A stretch of DNA of 64,000 nucleotides from an uncultured cyanobacterium. GTDB taxonomy: Bacteria > Cyanobacteriota > Cyanobacteriia > Cyanobacteriales > Nostocaceae. Location of the stretch: NCBI GenBank assembly GCA_963740315.1, contig CAVUDP010000002.1:3456001-3520000 (forward strand), written 5' to 3'. Shown in pieces: positions 41,572-51,826 of this stretch; positions within the stretch are counted from its first letter, which is position 1, and each line of letters opens with the position of its first letter. Both the position numbers and the translations under genes were made by a program. Below the pieces are notes generated by a model. That model was not told the origin of the DNA and did not search any database. It saw only the letters and a list, made by a program, of their open reading frames with translations.

Positions 41572-42462
41572 GTGACTGTAAAACCAGACTGGTTGCGGGT
41601 TAAAGCTCCTCAATGGGAACGTGTTGGTGCTGTTAAGGAAACTTTACGGGATTTATCCCTGAATACTGTTTGTGAGGAAGCATCTTGTCCTAATATTGGC
41701 GAGTGTTTCCTTTCAGGTACCGCTACGTTTTTGATTATGGGACCAGCCTGTACTCGTGCTTGTCCTTACTGCGATATTGATTTTGAGAAAAAACCCCAAG
41801 CTTTAGATCCAACGGAACCCACACGTTTAGCGGAAGCTGTACGTCGGATGAAGCTCAATCATGTGGTGATTACTTCTGTAAACCGCGATGATTTACCTGA
41901 TGAGGGTGCTTCGCAGTTTGTTCGCTGTATTGAAGAAGTTCGCACTATTTCACCGAAGACAACTATTGAAGTTTTAATTCCCGATTTGTGTGGAAATTGG
42001 GAAGCTTTGGAAATTATTTTAAAAGCACAACCGGAAGTCCTTAATCACAATACAGAAACGGTTCCCCGGTTATATCGTCGTACTCGTCCCCAAGGTGACT
42101 ATCAAAGAACTTTGGAATTATTGAGAATTTCGCGTCAAATTGCACCTTGGGTTTATACTAAATCCGGTATTATGGTAGGTCTTGGCGAAACCGATGCAGA
42201 AATTCGTCAGGTAATGCGAGATTTACGCGCTGTTGATTGCGATATTTTAACTATTGGACAATATTTACAACCTACTCAAAAGCATTTAAAAGTTGGTGAT
42301 TTTATTCATCCCGAACAGTTTGCAGCATGGAAAAAATACGGTGAAGAAATCGGTTTTTTACAAGTTGTTTCTTCTCCTTTAACAAGAAGCTCTTATCATG
42401 CAGAGCAGGTAAGGGAATTGATGAAAGAATATCCACGAGAGAAAAGTAAGGAATTAATTTAA
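41572..42462 (+). CDS. lipA: Lipoyl synthase (GTG start at 41572)
   Basis: [34 protein letters not shown]. Confidence 0.96.
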   Translation: MTVKPDWLRVKAPQWERVGAVKETLRDLSLNTVCEEASCPNIGECFLSGTATFLIMGPACTRACPYCDIDFEKKPQALDPTEPTRLAEAVRRMKLNHVVITSVNRDDLPDEGASQFVRCIEEVRTISPKTTIEVLIPDLCGNWEALEIILKAQPEVLNHNTETVPRLYRRTRPQGDYQRTLELLRISRQIAPWVYTKSGIMVGLGETDAEIRQVMRDLRAVDCDILTIGQYLQPTQKHLKVGDFIHPEQFAAWKKYGEEIGFLQVVSSPLTRSSYHAEQVRELMKEYPREKSKELI

Positions 42463-42544
42463 TTTTTTTATTAGAACTTACAGCAAAAAGCCCCCCTTCA
42501 ATAAGGGGGGTTGGGGGGATCTTAACGTTTAGAAAAAAAAACAG

Positions 42545-45500
42545 TTAATTATAAGCTCCTAATTCCTTTAAACTTGCAATAGTTGAAGCGTTCAAACCCG
42601 TAACTCCTGCGATATTAACTTTTTCGACATGGCGATCGCCTTTCAAAAATGCAACTATCTTGCCCGTTTTAATATCCCAAATTTGAACAACTTCGCTATC
42701 TCTACCTACAGCTAATAAATTTGAATCTTTACTAAAAGCGAGACTCCAAGGTGAAGAAAAGTTTTGCTGTAATATGGCAATAGATTTATTATTGTTGATA
42801 TCCCATACAGTTACAGTGCCGTCGTAACTTCCATAAGCGATATTCCCATCATGACTAAAAGCTATCGAAACAATTGGTTTTCCAAAGCTTCCTAAAGTCT
42901 GTATGCATTGACCATTATTTGTATCCCAAAGTTTGACAATACCGCTAGTATGTCCGCTAGCTAAAATTAAACCGTTGCAATTAAATTTAATAGTATAAGA
43001 AGCTTTTTCTTGGATTGTTCGATCGCATTCTCCTGTTTCAATATTCCAAAGTTTAATAGTCGAATGACCACCACAACTAGCAATTGTATTTCCATCCGGG
43101 CTAAATGCAACTGAAAGTATCGGACGATTATGACCGAAGAAGGTTTTTAAACACTGTCCTGTTTGAGAATTCCAAATTTTTACAGTTCTATCGCTGCTAC
43201 CACTAACTATTTTTGTACCATCTGGATTAAAGGCGATCGCCCAAATGTTATCATCATGTCCTGTAAGGATTTTACTTGGTATTTGATGGCTTTTATTTAA
43301 AGATTCTACCTGCCAAATTCGGATAACATTATTATCATTACCAATATTTGCACAAGCTATTGTTTTCTCATCGGAACTAACAATTACTGAAGAAATCCAG
43401 TCTTTAGTTTGAAAAAGAGTTGATACACATTTGTGAGAATCAATATTCCAAAATTTAATTGAATGTTGACTACCGCTAACAATTATCTGATTATCGCTGC
43501 TAAGTATCACAGAATGAACAAAGTCTGCACGTCCTTGTAAAGTTTTTAGACATTTTCCTGTAGTGATATCCCAAATCTTTACCGTTCTATCAACACTAGC
43601 AGTTGCTAATATTTGATTTGTATTGCTGAAAGTTATAGCGTTAATTTCTGAAAGATGTCCCGACAAACTTTGTAAATATAAACCTGTATCAATATCCCAA
43701 ACTTTAATTATTTTTTCTCCGCTACCAGTCGCTATATATTGTCCGTTACGATTAATATCAATCAAGGAGATATTATAACTTTGAGATTGTATTTGTATGG
43801 ATTCAGAATTATCTAAATTCCAAATTTTCACAATCTTATCTTTAATACCGCAAGCTATAATTTGATTATCATCAGTAACTCTAACCGATAAAACAACATC
43901 GCTACTAGTTGAAAACTGATTTATAAATTCATAATTATTTAAATCCCAGATATAAACCACACCATCTTCACAACCAAAGGTCAAAATATCAGCTTGAGAT
44001 GAAATTAGAGAGCAAATACGACTTTGGGATTCGATTAATATACGATAGTTACCCGTCTCCAAATCCCAAATTAATATTTGTTTGTTCGAGTAACCAAATA
44101 ACTTATTTCCATCTAAATTAAAAACAAGATTTTTAACTACACCTTGATTCGGTGAATTTAACGTTAAAATACATTGTCCAGTAGAAGCATCCCATATTTT
44201 CACCGTTCTATCTCGACTCGAACTAGCTATTTTTGAATTATCGGAACTAAAAGCAACCGACTCAACTATAGTTTTATGTGCTTGATGTTGAAAAATGTTT
44301 TGATTTTCTTGCCATTTCCACAAACAAACCTCACCATCAATACTTCCTGTAACTAAAAATTCTCCATTATTATTAAAAGCAAGACTAAAAATAATTCCAA
44401 AGCTATTGGTAAAAGTTGATTTTATAAAATTACTATGACTAAAATCAATATTACTTAAATTGATTCCTTGTAAATTAGCTTGTTGAATATTCAGATTAGA
44501 AAAATCTTTATGACTAATTGTTTCCGTTACTTGAGATAGTAAATTGATTATATTTCCTACAACATAACCTGTAAAATACTGCGATTTACCTCGAAAATCA
44601 TCTAAAATATTTGTTAAATGAGCTTCAATTTGATTGTTGTTTCCCAAAAACATTTTTAAACGTTCAATAATTGGTTTGATAATTAAACGTTTTTGTATAT
44701 CTTGAATATAATCCGGTGAACTAGCTTTTAATAAAGCATGGCTTTTAAATAATGAAATATCCCCAGAAATAATTTCTTGATATATTCTATCGATGAAATT
44801 TATAGTCACATATTCCATGACTACAGGTTGAAGCGAAAATTTAGAGTTGTTTTGCTCAATCAAAGAACGACGATTTAATGATTCTAGTATTTCTAGTAAG
44901 TTAGAATATTGATTTTGACTAAAATCTTGCAATTCTTTTAAATCCACAGCACCTTGATGAATTGCTAACCGATATAATAAAGATTTTTCTAATTCCGATA
45001 AACGATTAAATTGCTGTTTTATCAGATTGCGAACATCACCGAATACCGTACTCCCTTGAGCGATAAAATTATAAATATTTCCATCAAATAAATCTAAAAC
45101 TGTAGTAGCAATGATTTTAAGATATAAAGGATTTGCACCATAGTTAATAGTTAACTGTTCCCAGTTTAAATCTATAGCATCAGTAATTCCCTTTGCTTTA
45201 AAAATTTCCTTGACTTCCGGAATACCCAAACCACCAACTTGTAAACAACGAACTGGTAATTCCTTCCCTTCAATAGCAGCAATTTCTTTTGGTTTTTCCC
45301 TAGAAGTAATCAACAAGCAACTTTGATGTTGTGTTTCTCCTAATTTTTGAAAAATTTCCTCATATCCTTCATAACCTGATAAATAATTCCCTGCATAATT
45401 ACTATCAGAGAAAACAGCATCAACATTATCGAAAACTACTAAGCAGCGTTGATTTTTTAAATAGGATAGTAGTTGATTTATTAAAACAGTAATATTTTTA

Positions 45501-46069
45501 GTTAAATCAATTTCTTCCCCATTCGATAAAACTTGTAATAAATTAGTAATAATTTCTAACGGTGGTGGAGCATTTCGCAAAGAAAACCAAATTGTAAAAT
45601 CAAAATTATCTCTAAGATTTTGAATTAATTTAGCTGATAAACTTGTTTTCCCAATACCACCAATACCGACTAATGTAATTAAACGACAGCAATCAGTTCT
45701 AATCCACTTTTCTAGTATATTTAATTCTTCAGTACGTCCGTAAAAAATAGAAACATCCGGTGCTTCACTACAAAAATGCTTATGTTGTTTATGATTATTT
45801 CTTAAATTAAACTTTGTATAATCACTTTTATCCAACTCTAAATTCAAATTACGAAAAAATCTTTCTAAAGTACGTCTATCAACACCAACCTCTCGACGTA
45901 AAACCTTAGAAATCGTAGCTGGATCTAGTTGAGTAATTTCAATTAAAGCCTCAATCGTTAATGGTTTATCAGAATTAATTTTATTTTGCCATTCTTGCAA
46001 AGCTTTTTGTAATTTCTCCCATCCTTGACTCGTTAAAACAACTCCTCTACCCCTTTTTTGTCCGTTCAT
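42545..46069 (-). CDS. STAND NTPase: N-terminal HTH, NB-ARC domain, short pentapeptide-like stretch and about 14 WD40 repeats
   Basis: FYGRTEEL, Walker A GIGGIGKT, LVVFDN, LITSRE, GANPLYLK, repeated GH...AF...SGS.D.TVKIWD. Confidence 0.93.
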   Translation of the reverse strand: MNGQKRGRGVVLTSQGWEKLQKALQEWQNKINSDKPLTIEALIEITQLDPATISKVLRREVGVDRRTLERFFRNLNLELDKSDYTKFNLRNNHKQHKHFCSEAPDVSIFYGRTEELNILEKWIRTDCCRLITLVGIGGIGKTSLSAKLIQNLRDNFDFTIWFSLRNAPPPLEIITNLLQVLSNGEEIDLTKNITVLINQLLSYLKNQRCLVVFDNVDAVFSDSNYAGNYLSGYEGYEEIFQKLGETQHQSCLLITSREKPKEIAAIEGKELPVRCLQVGGLGIPEVKEIFKAKGITDAIDLNWEQLTINYGANPLYLKIIATTVLDLFDGNIYNFIAQGSTVFGDVRNLIKQQFNRLSELEKSLLYRLAIHQGAVDLKELQDFSQNQYSNLLEILESLNRRSLIEQNNSKFSLQPVVMEYVTINFIDRIYQEIISGDISLFKSHALLKASSPDYIQDIQKRLIIKPIIERLKMFLGNNNQIEAHLTNILDDFRGKSQYFTGYVVGNIINLLSQVTETISHKDFSNLNIQQANLQGINLSNIDFSHSNFIKSTFTNSFGIIFSLAFNNNGEFLVTGSIDGEVCLWKWQENQNIFQHQAHKTIVESVAFSSDNSKIASSSRDRTVKIWDASTGQCILTLNSPNQGVVKNLVFNLDGNKLFGYSNKQILIWDLETGNYRILIESQSRICSLISSQADILTFGCEDGVVYIWDLNNYEFINQFSTSSDVVLSVRVTDDNQIIACGIKDKIVKIWNLDNSESIQIQSQSYNISLIDINRNGQYIATGSGEKIIKVWDIDTGLYLQSLSGHLSEINAITFSNTNQILATASVDRTVKIWDITTGKCLKTLQGRADFVHSVILSSDNQIIVSGSQHSIKFWNIDSHKCVSTLFQTKDWISSVIVSSDEKTIACANIGNDNNVIRIWQVESLNKSHQIPSKILTGHDDNIWAIAFNPDGTKIVSGSSDRTVKIWNSQTGQCLKTFFGHNRPILSVAFSPDGNTIASCGGHSTIKLWNIETGECDRTIQEKASYTIKFNCNGLILASGHTSGIVKLWDTNNGQCIQTLGSFGKPIVSIAFSHDGNIAYGSYDGTVTVWDINNNKSIAILQQNFSSPWSLAFSKDSNLLAVGRDSEVVQIWDIKTGKIVAFLKGDRHVEKVNIAGVTGLNASTIASLKELGAYN

Positions 46070-46114
46070 AATTATATTTTATCTGGAAGTTATGGATTTT
46101 GTTAAGCCTAATTT

Positions 46115-46261
46115 AGCCAGGGACTGCAAGTCCCTGTCTAATAGCAAAAGTCCTATAAATAGGACTAGAACAATACCAAACATACTTAATTGAATGGATG
46201 ATTGGTTAGTCGTCAAAAGAGCGACTTTAGCTATTAGACGGGGGTTTTCAACCCCCGGCGG
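46115..46261. repeat. Inverted pair of family-C two-hairpin elements
   Basis: GGGACTGCAAGTCCC-CTAATAGCAAA-AGTCCTATAAATAGGACT, and the reverse-oriented AGTCGTCAAAAGAGCGACT-TTAGCTATTAG-GGGGGTTTTCAACCCCC. Confidence 0.8.
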
Positions 46262-46474
46262 ACTTATTTCCTTAACTTCCCGAACTTCCCTGGTGCTGAA
46301 AATTAAGAAATGACATAATGCTTATAGATGAAATTACAAATAAACCACAGTTCGCAGCTATTAATTAGATTATTCCCAAATAATTAAAGCGCTGTATCAA
46401 CTGCTGCAAAATATACTATTTATTTGCCAATTTGTAATTGTTCGGTATTTATTTATAGCTTGTAAGAGGTAATT

Positions 46475-47266
46475 ATGAATCCTATCAACACCGAAAAACT
46501 ACCACTTTGGGTACAAAATCGCGACACCGTATTAAAGTCTGACAAAAACGTACAGTGGCGTTATGGTAAACAACCAGATTATACTTACTCTAACGAGAAC
46601 CTAGCCAAAGAAAGTACGCAAAATCACCCCGGAAATTCCTTAGAAGCACTCGTACAAAACTTAGTCAGAACATTCGATGTTGAAGCCAATTTCAAAACTA
46701 ATCCTCAGCAGTGGATATCCGTCGTTCAAGATAAGTTTCGCATGAGTACTAACGGTGGAACTAACTATAAATTAGAAGACTTATTAGAATCCGGTACTTA
46801 TAAGCTATTAATTGGTAACACCGAACATTACAAAGCATCAGAAGAAGATTTTGAAACTTCTACTCATCTTTTTCACTCTGCATTCCCCGAAGGCTTTTTA
46901 TGGGAAGTTATAGAAGTATATTCTGCACCACCAACCATTGCTTTTAAATGGAGACATTGGGGACATTTTCGAGGAGCTTATAAAGATTATCTTCCCACTG
47001 GTGAAACAATTGAAGTAATTGGAATGAGTATTGTTAAAGTGAGTGATGATTTAAAAATATTGTCATTGGAACATTTTTACGACAATAATAAATTTTTAGA
47101 CAAGCTTACATCTGGTGGTAAAAAATCAGCAGGAGCAACACAAACACCACCATCCTTACAGCAGAAATTTTGGGGTTTTATCAAACAGCTTTTGCAACCA
47201 AAATTGAAACCAGCAACCGCAAATTCACAAGTTAGTCGCTGTCCTTTTGCGGGTTTAATACGGTAA
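46475..47266 (+). CDS. SnoaL/NTF2-like protein resembling plant/fungal pathogen-related protein
   Basis: WRYGKQPDY, SLEALVQNLVRTF, FPEGFLWEVIEVYS.PP.IAFKWRHWG, terminal CPF. Confidence 0.75.
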   Translation: MNPINTEKLPLWVQNRDTVLKSDKNVQWRYGKQPDYTYSNENLAKESTQNHPGNSLEALVQNLVRTFDVEANFKTNPQQWISVVQDKFRMSTNGGTNYKLEDLLESGTYKLLIGNTEHYKASEEDFETSTHLFHSAFPEGFLWEVIEVYSAPPTIAFKWRHWGHFRGAYKDYLPTGETIEVIGMSIVKVSDDLKILSLEHFYDNNKFLDKLTSGGKKSAGATQTPPSLQQKFWGFIKQLLQPKLKPATANSQVSRCPFAGLIR

Positions 47267-47550
47267 TTTATATCGTAATTATTCGATTGTTTTCATATCC
47301 ACTGGGGGTTGCAAACCCCCAGCTAATAGCAAAAGTCCATTGAAATGGACTGATTACTTAAAATCAATTTATAGTCATATTAGTTACTGTCTTTTATCAA
47401 GTATTTGCTCATAAAATTTTAAATATAATCACTCCTATCCCATCATAAAATTACTATCCCTCTTTCCATTCTTCCTCTGCGTTCTCTGTGTCTCTGTGGT
47501 TTTTTTCTCGATAATATTTTAGGAGAAAAAAACTAGTTAAAGAAGCATCC

Positions 47551-48675
47551 CTAATACAATTCATATTTCATCAACTGACAGGGCAAAGTGCCGTTATATA
47601 CCGCTATCCTCTGCGATGATTTCAAACCAATATATTTAGCTAATTCTTTATTTCCACTCAACACAAATGCAGTCCAACCTTTAAAACGCTGCTTCATCAC
47701 ATCGCCCAAAAGCTTATAAAATGCTCCTAAATCGCTATTTCTTCCCAAACGTTCTCCATAAGGTGGATTGCAAAATAAAACCCCACTGTCTGCGGGTGCT
47801 GCAACATCGGCAAGCTCCATCTGAGAAAAATAAATATGATTCTCAACACCGCTGTTTGTCGCATTTGTGTTTGCTTGCTCGATGACATCTTCATTATTAT
47901 CGCTTCCCCAAATCGATGCAGGCAGCGTATCTAACTGACTGGCTTGTGCTTCTGCGATTAACTTTTCCAAAAGCGACAAATCAAAATCTCGCCAAGTTTC
48001 AAAACCAAAAGATTCCCGAAATAAACCTGGTGCAATATTTAGCGACTTTAAACAGGCTTCTATCGGTAAAGTACCTGAGCCACAAAGCGGATCGTAGAAC
48101 ATCTGTTCCGGTTGCCAGCCAGAAAGTTGAATCAAAGCAGCCGCTAGAGATTCCTTGAGGGGTGCCGCTCCAACAGCAGGGCGATAACCCCGGCGATGTA
48201 AACTACTACCGGAACTATCAAGACTAACAGTACAAACATCATTGCGGATATGTACGTTAACCCGTAAATCTGGATTGTAAAGCTCAACATTAGAACGTTC
48301 CCCAAAAACTTCCTGCTGTCGATCAACGATCGCGTTTTTGACAGTCAGCGCTGTAAAGTGAGTGTGGTTGAGTTCCTCGTTTTTACCAGTAGCATTTACC
48401 GCTAAAGTATCTTCCGGTGTGAGATAATCTTGCCATTCAATGGTTTGAATACCGTTATAAAGGTCTTTTGGAGTTTTGCAAGGAAAAGAATGCACCTTAA
48501 ATAAAATGCGGAAAGGTAGCCTAGCCCAGAGATTCACCCGATAAAGTAGAGTGCGATCGCCACTAAATTCAACACCGCAAAACCCAGGCTCCACCGAACT
48601 TGCACCCAATTGTTCTAATTCCTTAGCAGCTAATTCTTCCAATCCACGGGCAACCGTTGCAAAATACTGATTCAT
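47551..48675 (-). CDS. THUMP-domain RNA methyltransferase (RlmL/YpsC-like)
   Basis: SLHRRGYR, APLKESLAAA, DPLCGSGT, NPPYGER. Confidence 0.93.
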   Translation of the reverse strand: MNQYFATVARGLEELAAKELEQLGASSVEPGFCGVEFSGDRTLLYRVNLWARLPFRILFKVHSFPCKTPKDLYNGIQTIEWQDYLTPEDTLAVNATGKNEELNHTHFTALTVKNAIVDRQQEVFGERSNVELYNPDLRVNVHIRNDVCTVSLDSSGSSLHRRGYRPAVGAAPLKESLAAALIQLSGWQPEQMFYDPLCGSGTLPIEACLKSLNIAPGLFRESFGFETWRDFDLSLLEKLIAEAQASQLDTLPASIWGSDNNEDVIEQANTNATNSGVENHIYFSQMELADVAAPADSGVLFCNPPYGERLGRNSDLGAFYKLLGDVMKQRFKGWTAFVLSGNKELAKYIGLKSSQRIAVYNGTLPCQLMKYELY

Positions 48676-48754
48676 TTATTGAAGTAATTATTTAAAAGTT
48701 AATAGAGAAACAGTAAAACATATAATTTAATTAAACAATTAATTACACAATAAA

Positions 48755-49474
48755 TTAACCGATTTCTTTAATTAGCGAAACTACCACAGATAATACTATA
48801 GTAATAAATACGAAAATTTCGATAATTTCAAGTAACGTCATAGATGATAGCCATTGCTTAACCATCGCGACATTAAAATTAGAACGCCAATTAGAAAGAT
48901 GTTTGCGCCACAAAGCAGGACTATCCTTACTACGAAATCGCCAATTAAACATTGATAAAATTAACGGTACACCTCCAACCTTAATACTCATCAACAAATG
49001 AAGCGCGATACAAGTTACTAAAACAAGCCAAGAAACAAGATGAGCATAGTACCAACGATGATTCAACTCTCCTTGAGGTAGCCACTTTTCGTCCATCATT
49101 CTGCCGGAAGAAACAGCAAAAGTTACTGCCAAAATACTCAAAGTATTAACTAAACGATGCAGAGTATACCACCAGATTGGTTGTCCAAATTTGGTTAGTT
49201 TATCCAAAGAATCCGGCTGAATTAATCTTCTTTGACCTCGACGAAAAGCATAAATAGCAAATAGAGGAAATATGAGAAATGTGCATACCCCAAACGTTCC
49301 ATGAATACCTTCAATTTCTGTAAATTTAGGTAATGATATTGTCCCCCAACGTCCATCGAAAACATCGTAAGTCCAAAAAGCAGTAATAATAGCTGCGATC
49401 GTAAATAAGCCAGTTAAACCGTGAAGAATACGTAGCAATAACGGTTGATAAGGTTGAGAAAATTTCGCCGACAT
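48755..49474 (-). CDS. Cytochrome b-like di-heme membrane protein
   Basis: LRILHG, GIHGTFG, YAHL and LHLLM histidines in TM helices. Confidence 0.8.
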   Translation of the reverse strand: MSAKFSQPYQPLLLRILHGLTGLFTIAAIITAFWTYDVFDGRWGTISLPKFTEIEGIHGTFGVCTFLIFPLFAIYAFRRGQRRLIQPDSLDKLTKFGQPIWWYTLHRLVNTLSILAVTFAVSSGRMMDEKWLPQGELNHRWYYAHLVSWLVLVTCIALHLLMSIKVGGVPLILSMFNWRFRSKDSPALWRKHLSNWRSNFNVAMVKQWLSSMTLLEIIEIFVFITIVLSVVVSLIKEIG

Positions 49475-49715
49475 AGAATTAGCTCATCAAGAATGATTTA
49501 TTAATAATTAGCTAATTATTAGCTATTAATGTATTGTCCCTTGTCGCAACACACCACAATGATTAAAAAAAAGTTATAGAGACATTGCAATGCAACATCT
49601 CTATATTCTTAGCTATTAAGTGAAATAGTGAATCTATATTTTGGCAAGCCGCAACATTAAAAAGTTAGATATTATCGCTTTTATCTAAGTTTTCTACGTT
49701 CGGGATAGCTTTTAA

Positions 49716-50585
49716 CTAGCGGACGTAGAAAAAACTTTGACCGGCACGTTCGGTTTCTACAAAGCCCTGTTTTCGCAAATTTCGGCGCAGTTCGTTGACG
49801 CGGGTAATCCCCAGTATATTTGAATGCACCTCTACAAGAAGCTTACTAACGCTAGAAAGATCCGCAAAGCTTAGAAGCTCGCCTTCGCTGCCTTGCACAT
49901 CCATTATTAATACCGTCGGTTGAATGCGGTGAATTTCATCATTAAGAGACTCGACGGGTATCTCGTAAGCAGTAGTTTCTCCTTGAGCCTCAAGTTTGTA
50001 TGTTGACGAACGAGCAAAGTGTTCCGAAGCATAAAACGTGCGGCTGCCAGAGTTTCTATCGAGCATACACATTTTTATCTGTGGATTCACCTCGTTGAGA
50101 GCGTAGTTATCGTGGATTAAAGATTCCATCGTGGGATTTGCTTCGTAAGAATGGACGCGATCGCCGCCAATTTTTTGGGCGCAGGCGATCGCCAACATTC
50201 CAATACCACCGCCAAGTTCCATGACGATATCGTCAGGTTCAAGCCGATGGATCATCAACTGACGCTCGTGTCGTGTATGCCGACCGCAAAGAAGCTTGTT
50301 TACTTGATATGCTGACATTCTGGGGTCGATACGCATCCGGATGCCTTCTACAGTGGCTACCGTGCCATACATTTCCGGGTCTATTGTTTCCTCTTCTGCG
50401 ACAGTTGGCAGCGGTCGCCCCCGCCGATAAGCTTTCTGTAGGCTGTTATAAAGCGCCGGTGTTGCAGACTCCCAATTTTCAAGAAATTGCCACCAAAGAC
50501 GCTTGACTGGTTTTTTCCGCTGAAGATGGCGTACTAATAAAGCAGCATCCCACCAGTAGGAACGTAAAGTATTGTAGATAGTCAT
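49716..50585 (-). CDS. FkbM-family methyltransferase
   Basis: MELGGGIG, SYEANP, LIMDVQGSE, LVEVH. Confidence 0.85.
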   Translation of the reverse strand: MTIYNTLRSYWWDAALLVRHLQRKKPVKRLWWQFLENWESATPALYNSLQKAYRRGRPLPTVAEEETIDPEMYGTVATVEGIRMRIDPRMSAYQVNKLLCGRHTRHERQLMIHRLEPDDIVMELGGGIGMLAIACAQKIGGDRVHSYEANPTMESLIHDNYALNEVNPQIKMCMLDRNSGSRTFYASEHFARSSTYKLEAQGETTAYEIPVESLNDEIHRIQPTVLIMDVQGSEGELLSFADLSSVSKLLVEVHSNILGITRVNELRRNLRKQGFVETERAGQSFFYVR

Positions 50586-50794
50586 CTTTACCTCAATTTA
50601 ACTATGGATTTACGCAGTTTTGTTTACTCCTGCATTCTGACTATAAAAATGTTCTTTCTAAGAATTTTAAAATAGCAAGACGCAGTGTCGGAAAGTTGAT
50701 TAATTCGTGAAGAAAATTGATTTTAACAATATTTTAACAACATAATACTAATAGTAGATTAGCAATAACAATAATCAAAACTGAAAAAATATTG

Positions 50795-51673
50795 CTAACT
50801 TTCAAAGGTATACCCTTCAAGGAAAGGATATAAATTGATTTTGTCTTGAACTTGCTGTTTTAAAGCGTCATTCCACTCTACTTTATGTCGGCTTTTATTT
50901 GGTGATTCAAACACGACGCTTGCACAATCATCCAAATATTTTGATGATGGCTCTACTCCCAACCATAGACACAATTTACTAAGTTGCGTTTTTGGATCTC
51001 TGATAAAATCCTCCTGACGAAGCTCGAATACATTTACTGAATCAGCCATTTCCTTGACCTTAATAACTGATTCACAAACATTGAAATAGCGATCTATAGT
51101 TGCCTCAATAGTTGCTTGAATATCTGACGAATCAGGCTTTGCTTTCCGTTTAGCCATCGTCGCGATGTTATCAAACGGATTGCGAACAACGTGAATAAAT
51201 CGTACTGGTACTTTTACCACATCTCGAAGTTTCTCAAGTAACTCTGGGTTGGAAGCAAGAGTAGTTACCGTATACTCACCATGTTTATCTCCAATAACCC
51301 GAATCTTCTCGAAAGAACCTTGCCATTGATCCGGTACATCATAGGTATATCCGCCCCCACGCTTCCAAGAATGTCCTCTAATTCGAGTCATTTGAAACAG
51401 GAGATAATATAGTGCATCTCGCCCAAAGCCAGCATTAACATATTTTATGTCACGCAGTTCGTGAGACATGACAATATTAGGATGTGCATCAAGTAAAGCC
51501 GCAACTACACTATGTCCGCTTCGAGAATAGCCGATAAATGTACAGTAGGTTTCTATTTCTGCAAATAAATCGGCATATTTATTGCTTATTCCTATAGTTG
51601 CTAAATGAGCTAAACTCGATTGAATTGGCCAGGGAAGTTTTTTACGCTTCTTAAGCAAAAGATTTAATAACAT
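50795..51673 (-). CDS. Sulfotransferase-family protein
   Basis: 5'-PSB-like GYSRSGHS...LLDAHP, 3'-PB-like HVVRNPFD, EDFIRDP. Confidence 0.8.
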   Translation of the reverse strand: MLLNLLLKKRKKLPWPIQSSLAHLATIGISNKYADLFAEIETYCTFIGYSRSGHSVVAALLDAHPNIVMSHELRDIKYVNAGFGRDALYYLLFQMTRIRGHSWKRGGGYTYDVPDQWQGSFEKIRVIGDKHGEYTVTTLASNPELLEKLRDVVKVPVRFIHVVRNPFDNIATMAKRKAKPDSSDIQATIEATIDRYFNVCESVIKVKEMADSVNVFELRQEDFIRDPKTQLSKLCLWLGVEPSSKYLDDCASVVFESPNKSRHKVEWNDALKQQVQDKINLYPFLEGYTFES

Positions 51674-51826
51674 TAAGAGTCTTCCGTAAAATGATTAGAA
51701 TTAGAAATTTTTCTTAAACTAAGCTGATGTGCAGTTAAATTGTATAAAACAAAATTTTGAAATTATTGTAGTGCGGACATCTTGTCCGCTTCTTGTCTAC
51801 ATAAATACGCAACAGCTTACTTTTTA

